Below, piece by piece: positions 28,243 through 38,524 of a stretch of DNA of 64,000 nucleotides (position 1 is its first letter; each line of letters starts with the position of its first letter). Under the pieces are notes generated by a model. It had not been told where the DNA came from. It did not search any database and saw only the letters and a list, made by a program, of their open reading frames with translations. Source of the stretch: Caldilineae bacterium (GTDB lineage Bacteria > Chloroflexota > Anaerolineae > DUEN01); assembly GCA_011176545.1 (NCBI GenBank), contig DUEN01000021.1, positions 8,662 through 72,661 on the forward strand, given 5' to 3'. Made by a program: the position numbers and the translations under genes.

Positions 28243-30273
28243 ATGAGGAAACGCAGGATATTGACCATCATATTGGGCCTGTTGCTGATCGGCATCCTCA
28301 GCATCGGATGCGCTCCCAAGGCGACGCCCACCCCAGTACCACCCACGCCAACACCTGTTCCACCGACACCGACGCCGGTACCACCGACGCCGACGCCGGT
28401 GCCGCCGACACCTACACCCGTACCTCCTACGCCAACGCCTGTACCTCCTACACCGACGCCGGTCGCGGCGAAGCCCTTCACAGCGACGCTGGAGGTGTTG
28501 GCCATCAATCCCGCTCAGGGGATTACGCTTCCCATCGCTGATACTGAGGAGACGATGACGCTCTTCACGCCTGGGCTGAAGGTCGTACCGCCTGGCGTGC
28601 CTCAATATCTCCACGCGGGCGTGATCGGCCTGGCCGAAGGAGCCAGCATCGCATCCTACGAGTGGACACTGACGGCACCCGAAGGGTTGGCGGCCACGCT
28701 GGAAGAGGTAACCGCCGATGCCGAGAAGGGTATCCCAGAGGGCAGTGCCGTCTTCGTCCCGGATCAGGTGGGGACCTATGTGATCGGCGTGACGGTGACG
28801 GACGACGCCGGGAACGTGAGCACCCCGGCGGAGCTGACCATGCAGGTGGCCACCTATGTGGGCGTAGGTGGTATGAGCGGAGAGTCGGCACCGCCGCCGC
28901 AGTGCCGCATGTGTCATGCTGATCAGGTCGCCTCCTGGGAAAAGACGGGACACGCCACATTCTTCCAGGTCAACCTGGATGAGAACCCCAGCGAGCATTA
29001 TGGCCCTCAGTGCATCTCCTGCCACACCGTCGGCTACTATCCCGCGGCCACGGCGGAGACCGGCGGCTTCGCGGATGTGGCCAAGAAGCTGGGATGGACC
29101 TTCCCCGAGGAGATCGGCGTCGAGGGGACCTATGATGCCCTACCCGCCGAATTGAAGAACCTGGCCAACATCCAGTGTGAGAACTGCCACGGGCCCGGGA
29201 GCGCTCATAGCGGCGACAAGGCCAAGATCGATCACAGCCTGAGCGCAGGCGTCTGCAACCAGTGCCATAACGACGGCCATTACCATGTCAAGGGCGAGCA
29301 ACTGGCCAACTCCAAACACGCGCAGGCGGGCACGATCGGTCCTCCGAATGGGCGGGCGGCCTGTGCTCGGTGCCACTCACCGGGTGGGTTCGTGGACTTC
29401 ATCAACGGCGTGCCCGAGGAGAAGCGCCGCGCCGAGGTGGGTGCCATCGAGTGCGCGACCTGCCACGATCCACACGGCAACGGCAACCCATGGCAGTTGC
29501 AGGTCGTGGATACAGTAAAAGAGGCCCCCATCGAGATCACCGACGTCGGGCTCTCGGCCCTGTGTATGGAGTGCCACAACGGTCGTGTGACCGCGGAAGA
29601 GGTGGCCGCCGAGAAGCCGCACTTCCCGCACTACAGCACGGCCGCGGAGGCCGTCATGGGCCAGGGTGGCTATGACTTCGGCGAGCAGATCCCGAACTCG
29701 CCACATGGCATGATCATCGGGACCGCAGCCGATCCAGAGAAGTTCGGCGGCTACAAGCCAGGGCCGTGCGTCGCATGCCACATGGAAGAAACGCCGGGTG
29801 GCAACCGCAATACAGAAGAGGCACTCCAGACGCCTGGTCACAATTTGGTCGGCGCCCACAGCTTCAACATGGTCAGCCCCGACGGCACCTTCGAGCAGGT
29901 GACCGTCTGCCAGACCTGCCACGCCGGCATCGAGACCTTCAACTTCCCGGCCAAAGCCGATTATGACGGCGATGGCACCGTGGAAGGCGTGCAGGATGAG
30001 GTCAAGGGGCTGCTAGACCTGTTGAAGGAGGCCATCGTGGCCAGTGGTGTCCCCGCTCTGGATCATTATCCCTACTTCCAGTTGCCCGATGAAGCCACGG
30101 AGGAGCAAAAGGCGGCCATCTACAACTATCGCTTCGTCATCGGCCCTGTGCCCGAGGGCGAAGGGCGAGCATCCGCAATCCACAACTTCAAGCGCTCCGT
30201 GGCGCTGTTACAGCTCTCCTACCGCAAGCTGACGGGACAGGATGTACCCAACGCGACCCTCATCATCAAGTAG
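28243..30273 (+). CDS. Nonaheme cytochrome c lipoprotein with Pro/Thr stalk and Ig/PKD-like domain
   Basis: Lipobox SIGC; (TPTPVPP)x6+TPTPV; [16 protein letters not shown] beta domain; 9 CxxCH. Confidence 0.88.
28324..28464 (+). repeat. Coding 21-bp tandem repeat (TPTPVPP)x6.7
   Basis: Exact at protein level, diverged at synonymous positions. Confidence 0.9.
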
Positions 30274-30600
30274 CGGCTGAAGGTATCAAAGCCCGCCGGC
30301 GGACCAAACGGTGGGACGAGGTCAGGAGGCATGGGGGATCTCCCCCGCCTCCTGACCTATGAACGCAGCGCATTCCTTCACATGAGGCCCTGAACCTGAG
30401 GCCTTGAACCTCCTGTCGGCTTCCAGCCGACTTCCATGGTTTAGCCTGCAATTTATCCGCGGGCGAAATGGCAGAGAGAAAAACTGTCCCGACAGCTATT
30501 AGAGGATGGCTCGCACGGCATGGATAGGGGCCCACCCCGCGCGGATAGCAGCAACTTTGCCAAGGGAGGTTTCTGCCCACGCAGGAGAGGAGGTGGGATT

Positions 30601-31095
30601 GTGCAGCAACCGGAGCAGCGGGGATCCCGGGAGGAGTCGGCAGGAATTGGGCGTCGCGGGTTCGTACGTTACCTCCTGGGTTTCTCCTTTATCAGCACCA
30701 TCGTCGGCGTGTTGACCCCGATCATCGGCTACCTATGGCCTCCGGCTCGCCCGAGTGGCACCCAGGGCGGCCGGACCCTGGTGGGCACGGTGGAGGACTT
30801 CCCGCCAGGTTGGGGCAAGATCATCCCTGTGAACAACAAGCCGGTGATCGTGGTGAACACGTCACAAGGCATCCGCGTCTTCTCCGCCATCTGCACGCAC
30901 TTGGGGTGTATCGTGCTGGAAAAGGAGCCCAGCTTATCGTATATCAAATGCCCCTGCCACGATGGACGATTCAATCCCATCAACGGGGAGGTGATCGCTG
31001 GCCCGCCACCGCGCCCACTGCCCGCATATGAGTTTAGCATTGAGGAAGGCAAGATCTATGTAGGCGAGCCACTGAGCCCGCTGTACGGTGGATAA
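30601..31095 (+). CDS. Rieske [2Fe-2S] subunit of a Rieske/cytochrome b complex
   Basis: Tat motif GRRGFV; CTHLGC and CPCH boxes; GPPPRPL; GTG start after GGAGG. Confidence 0.93.
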   Translation: MQQPEQRGSREESAGIGRRGFVRYLLGFSFISTIVGVLTPIIGYLWPPARPSGTQGGRTLVGTVEDFPPGWGKIIPVNNKPVIVVNTSQGIRVFSAICTHLGCIVLEKEPSLSYIKCPCHDGRFNPINGEVIAGPPPRPLPAYEFSIEEGKIYVGEPLSPLYGG

Positions 31096-31200
31096 GCGAG
31101 CAGCCATGGTGACGGTCCCGTGCTCACCCGACCGGACCACCGCGCTCGCGGATAGGTGCTCATGCGCAAGATCTCGTGGTGACTGTCCTGGAGGTGCCTG

Positions 31201-31956
31201 ATGCAGGAGAGGGCTCCCTTCTACAGTGTATGGGCCCTTCGGGCCTGGCATTGGCTGGACAAGCGTTATGCACTGCAGCGCCTCTTTCACGCGCTGGTGG
31301 ACGTACCCATCCCGCGTACGGCGCGGACGCTCTATTTAGGTGGCATTACCCTTTTCCTCTTCTTCGTCCAGGCAGTCACCGGCATTCTGCTCACCCTCTA
31401 CTATCGCCCTACGCCCGAAGAAGCTTATGACAGCATCCTGTTCATCATGAACGATGTCCGATTCGGTTGGCTGATCCGCAGCATCCATGCCTGGGGCGCC
31501 AACCTGATGATCCTCTTCTGCATTCTTCACATGCTTCGTGTCTTCTTTCAAGGGGCCTACAAGGCTCCACGTGAGATGACCTGGGTGGTGGGGATGCTGC
31601 TATTGATCATCACACTGGGCTTCGGCTTCACGGGATACCTTCTCCCGTGGGATCAACGTGCCTTCTGGGCCACCACGGTCGGGACGGAGATCGCAGGAGC
31701 GATTCCAGTGGTGGGAAGATTCGCGATGGAGTTCTTGCGAGGTGGCCCGGAGATCTCCGCATTGACCTTGAGCCGGTTCTTCGGGACCCATGTACTGGCA
31801 TTGCCCGTCACCCTGGCTGCCCTCATCCTGGTCCACCTGGTCATGATTCACCAACAGGGCCTGTCTGACCCTACCGAGCCAGCATGGCCTGCGAGTGATC
31901 CACCGAAAGAGGTAGTCACCAGTGACTCACAGCGGGAGGATGTCGGTGAGCACTGA
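31201..31956 (+). CDS. petB: Cytochrome b6-like N-terminal subunit
   Basis: GWLIRSIHAW..LHMLRVF, GYLLPWDQ..WATTV and RFFGTH-x14-H. Confidence 0.92.
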   Translation: MQERAPFYSVWALRAWHWLDKRYALQRLFHALVDVPIPRTARTLYLGGITLFLFFVQAVTGILLTLYYRPTPEEAYDSILFIMNDVRFGWLIRSIHAWGANLMILFCILHMLRVFFQGAYKAPREMTWVVGMLLLIITLGFGFTGYLLPWDQRAFWATTVGTEIAGAIPVVGRFAMEFLRGGPEISALTLSRFFGTHVLALPVTLAALILVHLVMIHQQGLSDPTEPAWPASDPPKEVVTSDSQREDVGEH

Positions 31957-32359
31957 GAAACACCAGCCAGAAGATCAGGGAACGAGAGGTCGATCGCAAC
32001 TGCCGTTTTTCCCAAACTACTTGCTGGACGAGGTGATCGCCTGGTATGTCATGCTGGCCGTCATCATCGTGCTGGCCTCTCTGTTCCCGGCTGGATTGGA
32101 AGAGCGGGCAGATCCCTTTAAGACGCCTCCCCACATCAAGCCGGAGTGGTATTTCCTGGCCCTCTATCAGGGGCTGAAGCTCGTCCCGCGCGTTATCGGC
32201 GTGCTCATGCCGGTGGTAGGCATCCTGGTATTGTTTCTCCTGCCCTTCATCGATCGGAACCCATACAAGACATGGCGGCGCCGCCCGATCGCCATCGGCC
32301 TGAGTCTCGTCATCCTGGCGGCCGTGGTCGTCTTAACCATCTGGGGCTGGATGAGTTAG
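31946..32359 (+). CDS. petD: Cytochrome b subunit IV (PEWY)
   Basis: PFFPNY, ADPFKTPPHIKPEWYFL and LPFIDR motifs; 3 TM. Confidence 0.92.
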   Translation: MSTEKHQPEDQGTRGRSQLPFFPNYLLDEVIAWYVMLAVIIVLASLFPAGLEERADPFKTPPHIKPEWYFLALYQGLKLVPRVIGVLMPVVGILVLFLLPFIDRNPYKTWRRRPIAIGLSLVILAAVVVLTIWGWMS

Positions 32360-32374
32360 CAAGGAAGGGGAGAA

Positions 32375-34048
32375 ATGGTGGTTCAAAGACGTACCCTCCT
32401 TGTCATGGTCAGGCGAGGGGGTTGGCTCTTGGCCTTCGTGTTCCTGTCACTCGCCATCGCTGGCGACGTGTATGCACAGCCTCCTATTCCCACGATTCCG
32501 CATTCGCTGGAAGGCCGAGCCGCCTGTCTCGCTTGTCATGAGGCGGGCGTAGGCGGAGCCCCGGTGATTCCTGCCAACCACACGGGTCGCACCAACGAGA
32601 TGTGCACTACCTGTCACGTGGCCGCCAGCGAAGCGCCGCCTCAGCCACCTCTCATCCCTCATACGCTGGTCGGGCGCTCTGACTGTCTATTCTGTCACGA
32701 AAAGGGGGTCGGTGGAGCGACGGTGATCCCATCTGATCATGCGGGGCGCACGAGCGAGACGTGTCGGAATTGCCATCAGCCTGGCGCCCCCATAGAGGCG
32801 CCTCCCACACCTGCGGGGCCGCCGACGCCAACTCCCGTCCCCATCCCGACGCCCATCGTACACCCTGTGAGACGTGGGCAAAATACCTGTGCGACGTGCC
32901 ATCGGACGCTCGACGAGAAGCAGGCGCGTATCGTAGATGAGTGGGAGAAGAGCATTCACGCGGCTCGCAATGTTAGCTGTGCGGATTGCCATGGCGGCGA
33001 TCCGGGAGCTGAGGGGATCAATGAGTCTATGGCTCCTGCCGCAGGCTATATCGGCGTGCCGGATCGAGTGAAAGTCCCGGGGCTGTGCGCGTCTTGCCAC
33101 GCCGACCCGGTACGGATGCGCCAGTATGATCTGCCAACGGATCAATTCGCCAAGTATCAGGAGAGCATCCACGGACGCGCTCTGTATGAAAATGGCGATC
33201 CCAACGTGGCGACCTGCGTTGACTGTCACGGCTCTCACAAGGTCCCTGAGGTGAACGACCCCAGCGCCGACGTATACCCCATCAACGTGCCCAAGTTATG
33301 TGCTCGCTGTCACGCCGACGAGCAACTGATGGCCCCCTATGCGATCGCCACGAATCAGTACGATCTGTACCGGAAGAGTGTCCATGGCATCGCGTTGCTG
33401 GAACGTCAAGACCTGAGGGCTCCCAGTTGTGCGACGTGCCATGGCACGCACGGCGCAGCGCCACCGGGATTTGCCGAGGTGGCCAATGTCTGCGGTAGCT
33501 GCCATTCCGCCACTCAGGACTATTATGCACGGGGGGCACATGCCCAGGCCGGCGATGCTGGGCCCAAATGCGTCACGTGCCATGGACGCTATGACGTCAC
33601 CAAGCCCGATGAGAGCCTCTTCGTGGGAACGGAGGAGCGACATTGCGGAAATTGCCATCCTCCAGACTCGCCCATTGGAAAAGAGGTGGCCCAGATCAGA
33701 GAGGCCATCCTTGAGGCGGCCGCGACCCTGGCAAAGGCTGAAGAGCTAGTCTCCCAGGCCGCCAGCCGTGGCATGATCGTGGCTTATGAGGAGACGAAGT
33801 TATCGGAAGCCCGAACCGGGCTGATCTCTGCTCGAGCTGCCCAGCATCAGGTCGCGCTGGATGTGGTGACGAAGCTCACCGAGGCCAGCGTAGCCGCCAG
33901 TCAAGAGGTGATGGAAGCGGCCGAACAGAAGTTGCGGGAAAGTGTGTTCCGTCGTCAGGCGATGGTAGTCGCCGTAGTAGCCATCTCTATAACCGTCGGC
34001 GCCCTGTATAGCATCAAACGAGAACTGGATCGGCGACTTGAGCCATAG
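32375..34048 (+). CDS. 13-heme cytochrome c with a C-terminal membrane anchor, partner of the Rieske/cytochrome b complex
   Basis: Signal peptide; 13 CxxCH (two N-terminal diheme modules plus a nonaheme part); coiled coil; C-terminal TM. Confidence 0.88.
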   Translation: MVVQRRTLLVMVRRGGWLLAFVFLSLAIAGDVYAQPPIPTIPHSLEGRAACLACHEAGVGGAPVIPANHTGRTNEMCTTCHVAASEAPPQPPLIPHTLVGRSDCLFCHEKGVGGATVIPSDHAGRTSETCRNCHQPGAPIEAPPTPAGPPTPTPVPIPTPIVHPVRRGQNTCATCHRTLDEKQARIVDEWEKSIHAARNVSCADCHGGDPGAEGINESMAPAAGYIGVPDRVKVPGLCASCHADPVRMRQYDLPTDQFAKYQESIHGRALYENGDPNVATCVDCHGSHKVPEVNDPSADVYPINVPKLCARCHADEQLMAPYAIATNQYDLYRKSVHGIALLERQDLRAPSCATCHGTHGAAPPGFAEVANVCGSCHSATQDYYARGAHAQAGDAGPKCVTCHGRYDVTKPDESLFVGTEERHCGNCHPPDSPIGKEVAQIREAILEAAATLAKAEELVSQAASRGMIVAYEETKLSEARTGLISARAAQHQVALDVVTKLTEASVAASQEVMEAAEQKLRESVFRRQAMVVAVVAISITVGALYSIKRELDRRLEP

Positions 34049-34401
34049 GAGCCTAGCGATGGTAGGAGCCACTGACCCTAAATGGATGATTTGGTGTTAT
34101 CTGGGAAGTTGTGGCATGATTAAAGGGAAGGGAACCTCGGATTGTCCAATTTTGTTTCCAATTCGCCATCGCTTTAGAGCACCTCATGTAATGGTCAACC
34201 CATGGCGGCTTATGCCGCGCGGCAGGTCCCCACCGGGGTCTGCTGGCCATGGCAGGCGTTGCCGTGGCGAGAGTAGGAGGTGGTCTTCGACCAGACACGG
34301 CCAACGCTGGAAAGGGGGTGAGTCATTGCGCTGAAGAAGCTCTCTGCTTATGACGCTCTATCTTTCCCATCATAGCCATTCCTCAATAGTAAGGAGGGAA
34401 T

Positions 34402-35634
34402 ATGCCGACCTTTAAACGCATCCGCAGAGCGCTGATCGTAGTAGGTGTGCTGGTGCTGGCATTGGTGCTGGCGGCCTGTGCCGCTCAGGCGGGGCCACCG
34501 GGGCCGCAAGGACCACCTGGCCCACAAGGACCGCCAGGACCGGCTGGTCCTCCCGGACCCGAGGGACCACAGGGACCGCCCGGTCCTCCTGGGCCAGCGG
34601 GCGCCGAGTATGTGGGGGCGGAAACGTGCGGCTCGTGCCATCAGGAGATCTACGAGGTCTTCATGAAGTCCGGGCACGCCTGGAAGCTCAACCCGGTCGT
34701 GGATGGCCAGCCGCCCGAGTACCCGTTCACCGAGGTGCCCAACCCGCCGGAGGGCTACACCTGGGATGATATCTCCTACGTCATCGGCGGCTATAACTGG
34801 AAAGCCCGCTTCATCGATAAGAACGGCTACATCATCACCGGCCCTGATGAGAACGCGAAGACGCAATATAACTTCGCCAATCCCATCGTGGGCAAGGAGG
34901 CCGGGTGGGTCGCCTATCATCCTGGGGAAGAGAAGCCCTACAACTGCGGTACCTGCCATACCACCGGGTACAAGCCGGAGGGCCATCAGGACGACATGCC
35001 TGGCATCGTCGGCACCTGGGCGGAGCCCGGCATCAAGTGTGAGCGGTGCCATGGTCCGGGTAGCTTACACGTGGCCAACCCGTATGGCGTGCGCATGGTG
35101 GTCGATCGGGACTCCGAGCTCTGTGGCGAGTGCCACCTGCGCGGCGATCCGACCCAGGTCGACGCCAAGGGCGGGTTCATCAAGCATCATGAGCAGTATG
35201 AGGAGCAACTGCAGAGCAAGCACGTCGCCCTGGATTGTGTGACGTGCCATGACCCGCACGCTGGCGTCGTCCAGCTGCGCCAGGCGGGTGAGCCGACGAC
35301 GCGGCTGCAGTGCGAGAACTGCCACTTCGAGGAGGCGAGGAACCAGAGCGAGGTCCACAAAGCCGTGGGTGTGCAGTGTATCGACTGCCATATGCCGCGC
35401 ATCGTCAAGAGCGCGTGGGGCGACCCGGAGAAGTACACCGGCGACATCCGCTCCCACTTGATGGCCATCGATCCGGAGCAGGAGGGCCAGTTCACAGAGG
35501 ATGGCAAGCTCGCTCTCTCGCAGATCTCGTTAGACTTCGCTTGTCGGCACTGCCACAGAGAAGGTGGCAAGGCCACGCCGAAGACGGACGATCAACTGCG
35601 AGAGCGAGCCACGGACTACCACGCGCGACCATAG
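34402..35634 (+). CDS. Octaheme cytochrome c lipoprotein with a collagen-like stalk
   Basis: Lipobox LAAC; (Gly-X-Y)x12-13; [11 protein letters not shown]; 8 CxxCH. Confidence 0.88.
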   Translation: MPTFKRIRRALIVVGVLVLALVLAACAAQAGPPGPQGPPGPQGPPGPAGPPGPEGPQGPPGPPGPAGAEYVGAETCGSCHQEIYEVFMKSGHAWKLNPVVDGQPPEYPFTEVPNPPEGYTWDDISYVIGGYNWKARFIDKNGYIITGPDENAKTQYNFANPIVGKEAGWVAYHPGEEKPYNCGTCHTTGYKPEGHQDDMPGIVGTWAEPGIKCERCHGPGSLHVANPYGVRMVVDRDSELCGECHLRGDPTQVDAKGGFIKHHEQYEEQLQSKHVALDCVTCHDPHAGVVQLRQAGEPTTRLQCENCHFEEARNQSEVHKAVGVQCIDCHMPRIVKSAWGDPEKYTGDIRSHLMAIDPEQEGQFTEDGKLALSQISLDFACRHCHREGGKATPKTDDQLRERATDYHARP

Positions 35635-35658
35635 TCTTATCCTCCCGAGAAAGCAACG

Positions 35659-35693
35659 GGAAGGCCTCCCTCGAAGTGAGGGAGGCCTTCCTT
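35659..35693 (+). terminator. Intrinsic terminator-like hairpin
   Basis: GGAAGGCCTCCCTC-GAAGT-GAGGGAGGCCTTCC followed by a T-rich tail. Confidence 0.65.
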
Positions 35694-35879
35694 ATGTCCT
35701 TTTCTGGAACTTAAGGGCGCCCTTGCGTGACAGACGTTCTCAACCACCTTAGTGGCTCCATACTACACCTCATGCTTTGCATGATGAGCGTCATTGGTGC
35801 ATAATTACTCAAATGATATATTGAGCTTACGATCCCACAGTTCGTTCAACCTGTCGCATGCTGGAGGAGATGCGAGAGC

Positions 35880-36986
35880 ATGGATACACGGCTGCCACGA
35901 AGCAAGTGGGCACTGATGTTGCTCACGGCTTTATCAGTGCTGCTCATTCTCACGATCGATGCCGGAGCGAGCTCCACGGGGCAGCAGGGCGATGAGAACA
36001 TCGTGTGCTTGGGTTGCCATGCCAACCCAGAGCTCAAGATGCAGCTCCCCAGTGGCGAGGAGCTCTCCCTCTACGTCGATCCGGACGCGTTCAACGCCTC
36101 GGTTCACGGCCAACTGGGCCAAAAGTGCACGGCCTGCCATGATGGCATCTCCGGCTATCCCCATCCCCCCCTGTTCGCCGTGGACCGCCGAGATCTCTCC
36201 CTGGGGCTGTATACGAGTTGTCGCCGGTGCCACGAGAAGCAATATCGGGAGGGGCTAGATAGCGTCCACGCCCGATTGTTAGCTGGCGGGGATCGACGGG
36301 CGCCCATATGTACCGACTGCCACGGGTACCATGATGTGGCACCGCCCGACGAGCCGCGGTCCCGGATCACCCACACATGCTCCAAATGCCATTCGACGAT
36401 CTACAACGAATACAAAGAGAGCGTTCACGGGGCAGCCCTGCTGGAGGAGAGCAATCCCGACGTGCCCACGTGCATCGATTGTCACGGGGCACATCATATG
36501 GAGGATCCACGCACGGCCAGATTCCGACTCAAATCACCCTGGATATGCGCTGGATGTCACACCGACCCAGTCCGTATAGGCAAATATGGCATCTCCACTG
36601 ATGTCTTGGATACCTATGTGGCTGACTTCCACGGCACGACGGTGGAGTTATTCGCCAAGCAGTCTCCTGATCAGCCGACGAACAAGGCCGTATGTTACGA
36701 TTGTCATGGCATCCACAACATCAAGAAGGTGACGGATCCAGAGGCGACGGTCGTGAAGGAGAACCTCCTGCGCACATGTCGCCAGTGTCATCCGGATGCC
36801 ACGGCTAACTTCCCTACGGCATGGGTGAAGCACTACCGAGCCAGCCCACAGCAGTACCCGCTGGTCTATTACGTCCAGCTCTTCTATCGGATCCTGATCC
36901 CGACCCTCATCGGCTTCTTCGTAGTCTACATCCTGCTGGATATCGCACGTCGAACGGTAGAGCGCTTCGCTCAGAGGGGAGCGTAG
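35880..36986 (+). CDS. Nonaheme cytochrome c with a C-terminal TM (CbcL c-domain-like)
   Basis: Signal peptide, 9 CxxCH, repeated SVHG motifs and a C-terminal TM; abuts the cytochrome b gene. Confidence 0.85.
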   Translation: MDTRLPRSKWALMLLTALSVLLILTIDAGASSTGQQGDENIVCLGCHANPELKMQLPSGEELSLYVDPDAFNASVHGQLGQKCTACHDGISGYPHPPLFAVDRRDLSLGLYTSCRRCHEKQYREGLDSVHARLLAGGDRRAPICTDCHGYHDVAPPDEPRSRITHTCSKCHSTIYNEYKESVHGAALLEESNPDVPTCIDCHGAHHMEDPRTARFRLKSPWICAGCHTDPVRIGKYGISTDVLDTYVADFHGTTVELFAKQSPDQPTNKAVCYDCHGIHNIKKVTDPEATVVKENLLRTCRQCHPDATANFPTAWVKHYRASPQQYPLVYYVQLFYRILIPTLIGFFVVYILLDIARRTVERFAQRGA

Positions 36987-36987
36987 G

Positions 36988-38343
36988 ATGGAGTACAAGA
37001 CACAAAAGACTTACCAACGGTTTACCCTCTCGCAGCGTATCGAGCATTGGGTGCTCATGCTATCATTTACCATCCTGGCCGTGACGGGCCTTCCGCAGAA
37101 ATATGTGGGCCATGAGTGGGCCGAGACGCTGATCGGCTGGATGGGGGGTATCGAGACCGTCCGAGAGATCCATCACATCGCCGCGGTCATCCTCCTTTTG
37201 GAGAGCATCTACCACGTCGTGGCTGCGGGATACCGGCTCTTCGTCCTGAGGGTAAGCCCCTCTATCCTCCCCAGCCCCAAGGATCTCATCGACCTGATCG
37301 ACGATCTCCGTTACAACCTCGGCCTGACGAAGCGGCGGCCCCGAATGGACCGCTATACGTACCAGGAGAAACTCGAGTACTGGGCGGTGGTCTGGGGTAC
37401 CGTCATTATGGCGATCACGGGGTTCATGATGTGGAACCCCATCACGACGACGCGCTTCCTGCCCGGGGAATTCGTCCTCGCGGCCAAAGCTGCGCACAGC
37501 GGTGAGGCGCTGCTGGCCGTCTTAGCTATCATCACGTGGCATGTCTACCATGTGCATATTAAACACTTCAATAAAAGCATCTTCACGGGTAAACTCACAG
37601 AGGAGGAGATGCGCCATGAGCATCCCCTGGAGCTGGAGCGCATCGAGGCAGGCCAGGTGCCTCAGCCCCCGGATGAGAAAACGCGACGCCAACGCGAGAG
37701 GATCTACCTGCCGATCTCCGTTCTCATATCTGGCCTGCTCCTCCTGGGCTTGTATGAGTTCGTCACCTACGAGCAGACGGCCATCACCACGTTGCCCCGG
37801 CGCGCTGTGGTGGCCTACGCCCCCGCCACACCGACGCCCACACCGACGCCTGCTCCCTCTCCCACTCCAAAGGCGGTCCCTACTACAGCCCAGCCTGCGG
37901 GCTCACAAGCCGCGGTCGCCGTACCGCACACGATAGCCGACCACGAGCACTGTCTGCTCTGTCATGGCGTGGGTGCGATAAAGCCGTTCCCCTCGGACCA
38001 CACCGGCCGGGGCAATGAGACGTGTCTCCTCTGCCACCCGTTGGCGGCCGCTGAGGAAACGCTGCCGACGGCCGAGCCAGCGACTGCTCCCAGCTTCTCG
38101 ACCATGGTGCTCCCTATCTTCCAGGCCAAGTGCGCCGTCTGCCATGGGGAGATGGCCGGGCTTAACCTCAGCAGCTACGAGGATATCATGCGAGGCAGTG
38201 ACAATGGACCGGTCATTGTGCCTGGGCAGCCGGAGGCCAGCCCACTGATCCAGAAGATGTCAGGCACGCATCCGGCCCGGTTGAGCGAAGAGGAACTTGC
38301 CATCGTGCGAGCCTGGATCGCGGCGGGCGCACCTAATAACTGA
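36988..38343 (+). CDS. FdnI/HyaC-type diheme cytochrome b fused to three c-type hemes (CbcL b-domain-like)
   Basis: QRIEHW..TGLPQ, IHHIAA, EKLEYWAV..TGFMMW, AAHSGEALLA..WHVYHVH and EHPLE; C-terminal CLLCH, CLLCH, CAVCH. Confidence 0.85.
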   Translation: MEYKTQKTYQRFTLSQRIEHWVLMLSFTILAVTGLPQKYVGHEWAETLIGWMGGIETVREIHHIAAVILLLESIYHVVAAGYRLFVLRVSPSILPSPKDLIDLIDDLRYNLGLTKRRPRMDRYTYQEKLEYWAVVWGTVIMAITGFMMWNPITTTRFLPGEFVLAAKAAHSGEALLAVLAIITWHVYHVHIKHFNKSIFTGKLTEEEMRHEHPLELERIEAGQVPQPPDEKTRRQRERIYLPISVLISGLLLLGLYEFVTYEQTAITTLPRRAVVAYAPATPTPTPTPAPSPTPKAVPTTAQPAGSQAAVAVPHTIADHEHCLLCHGVGAIKPFPSDHTGRGNETCLLCHPLAAAEETLPTAEPATAPSFSTMVLPIFQAKCAVCHGEMAGLNLSSYEDIMRGSDNGPVIVPGQPEASPLIQKMSGTHPARLSEEELAIVRAWIAAGAPNN

Positions 38344-38524
38344 TCGCTGGGATTCAAGGTGATGGCCGAAGCTTGACCTTCTATACTTCCTGAGGCATCT
38401 ATCTAATAGGAGGGACGGGTAGCGGAGGACACCGTCTTCAGCCATCTAAAGGACTACGTTAGGGGTCACCATCTGCATTCTCGGAGGATAAGCCTCAAGT
38501 CTCATCAACAAGGAGGGGAAAAGG

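Noticed and set aside
28206-28508. Minus-strand ORF with (GVGVGGT)n repeats
   Set aside because: It is the antisense shadow of the TPTPVPP stalk of the nonaheme gene.
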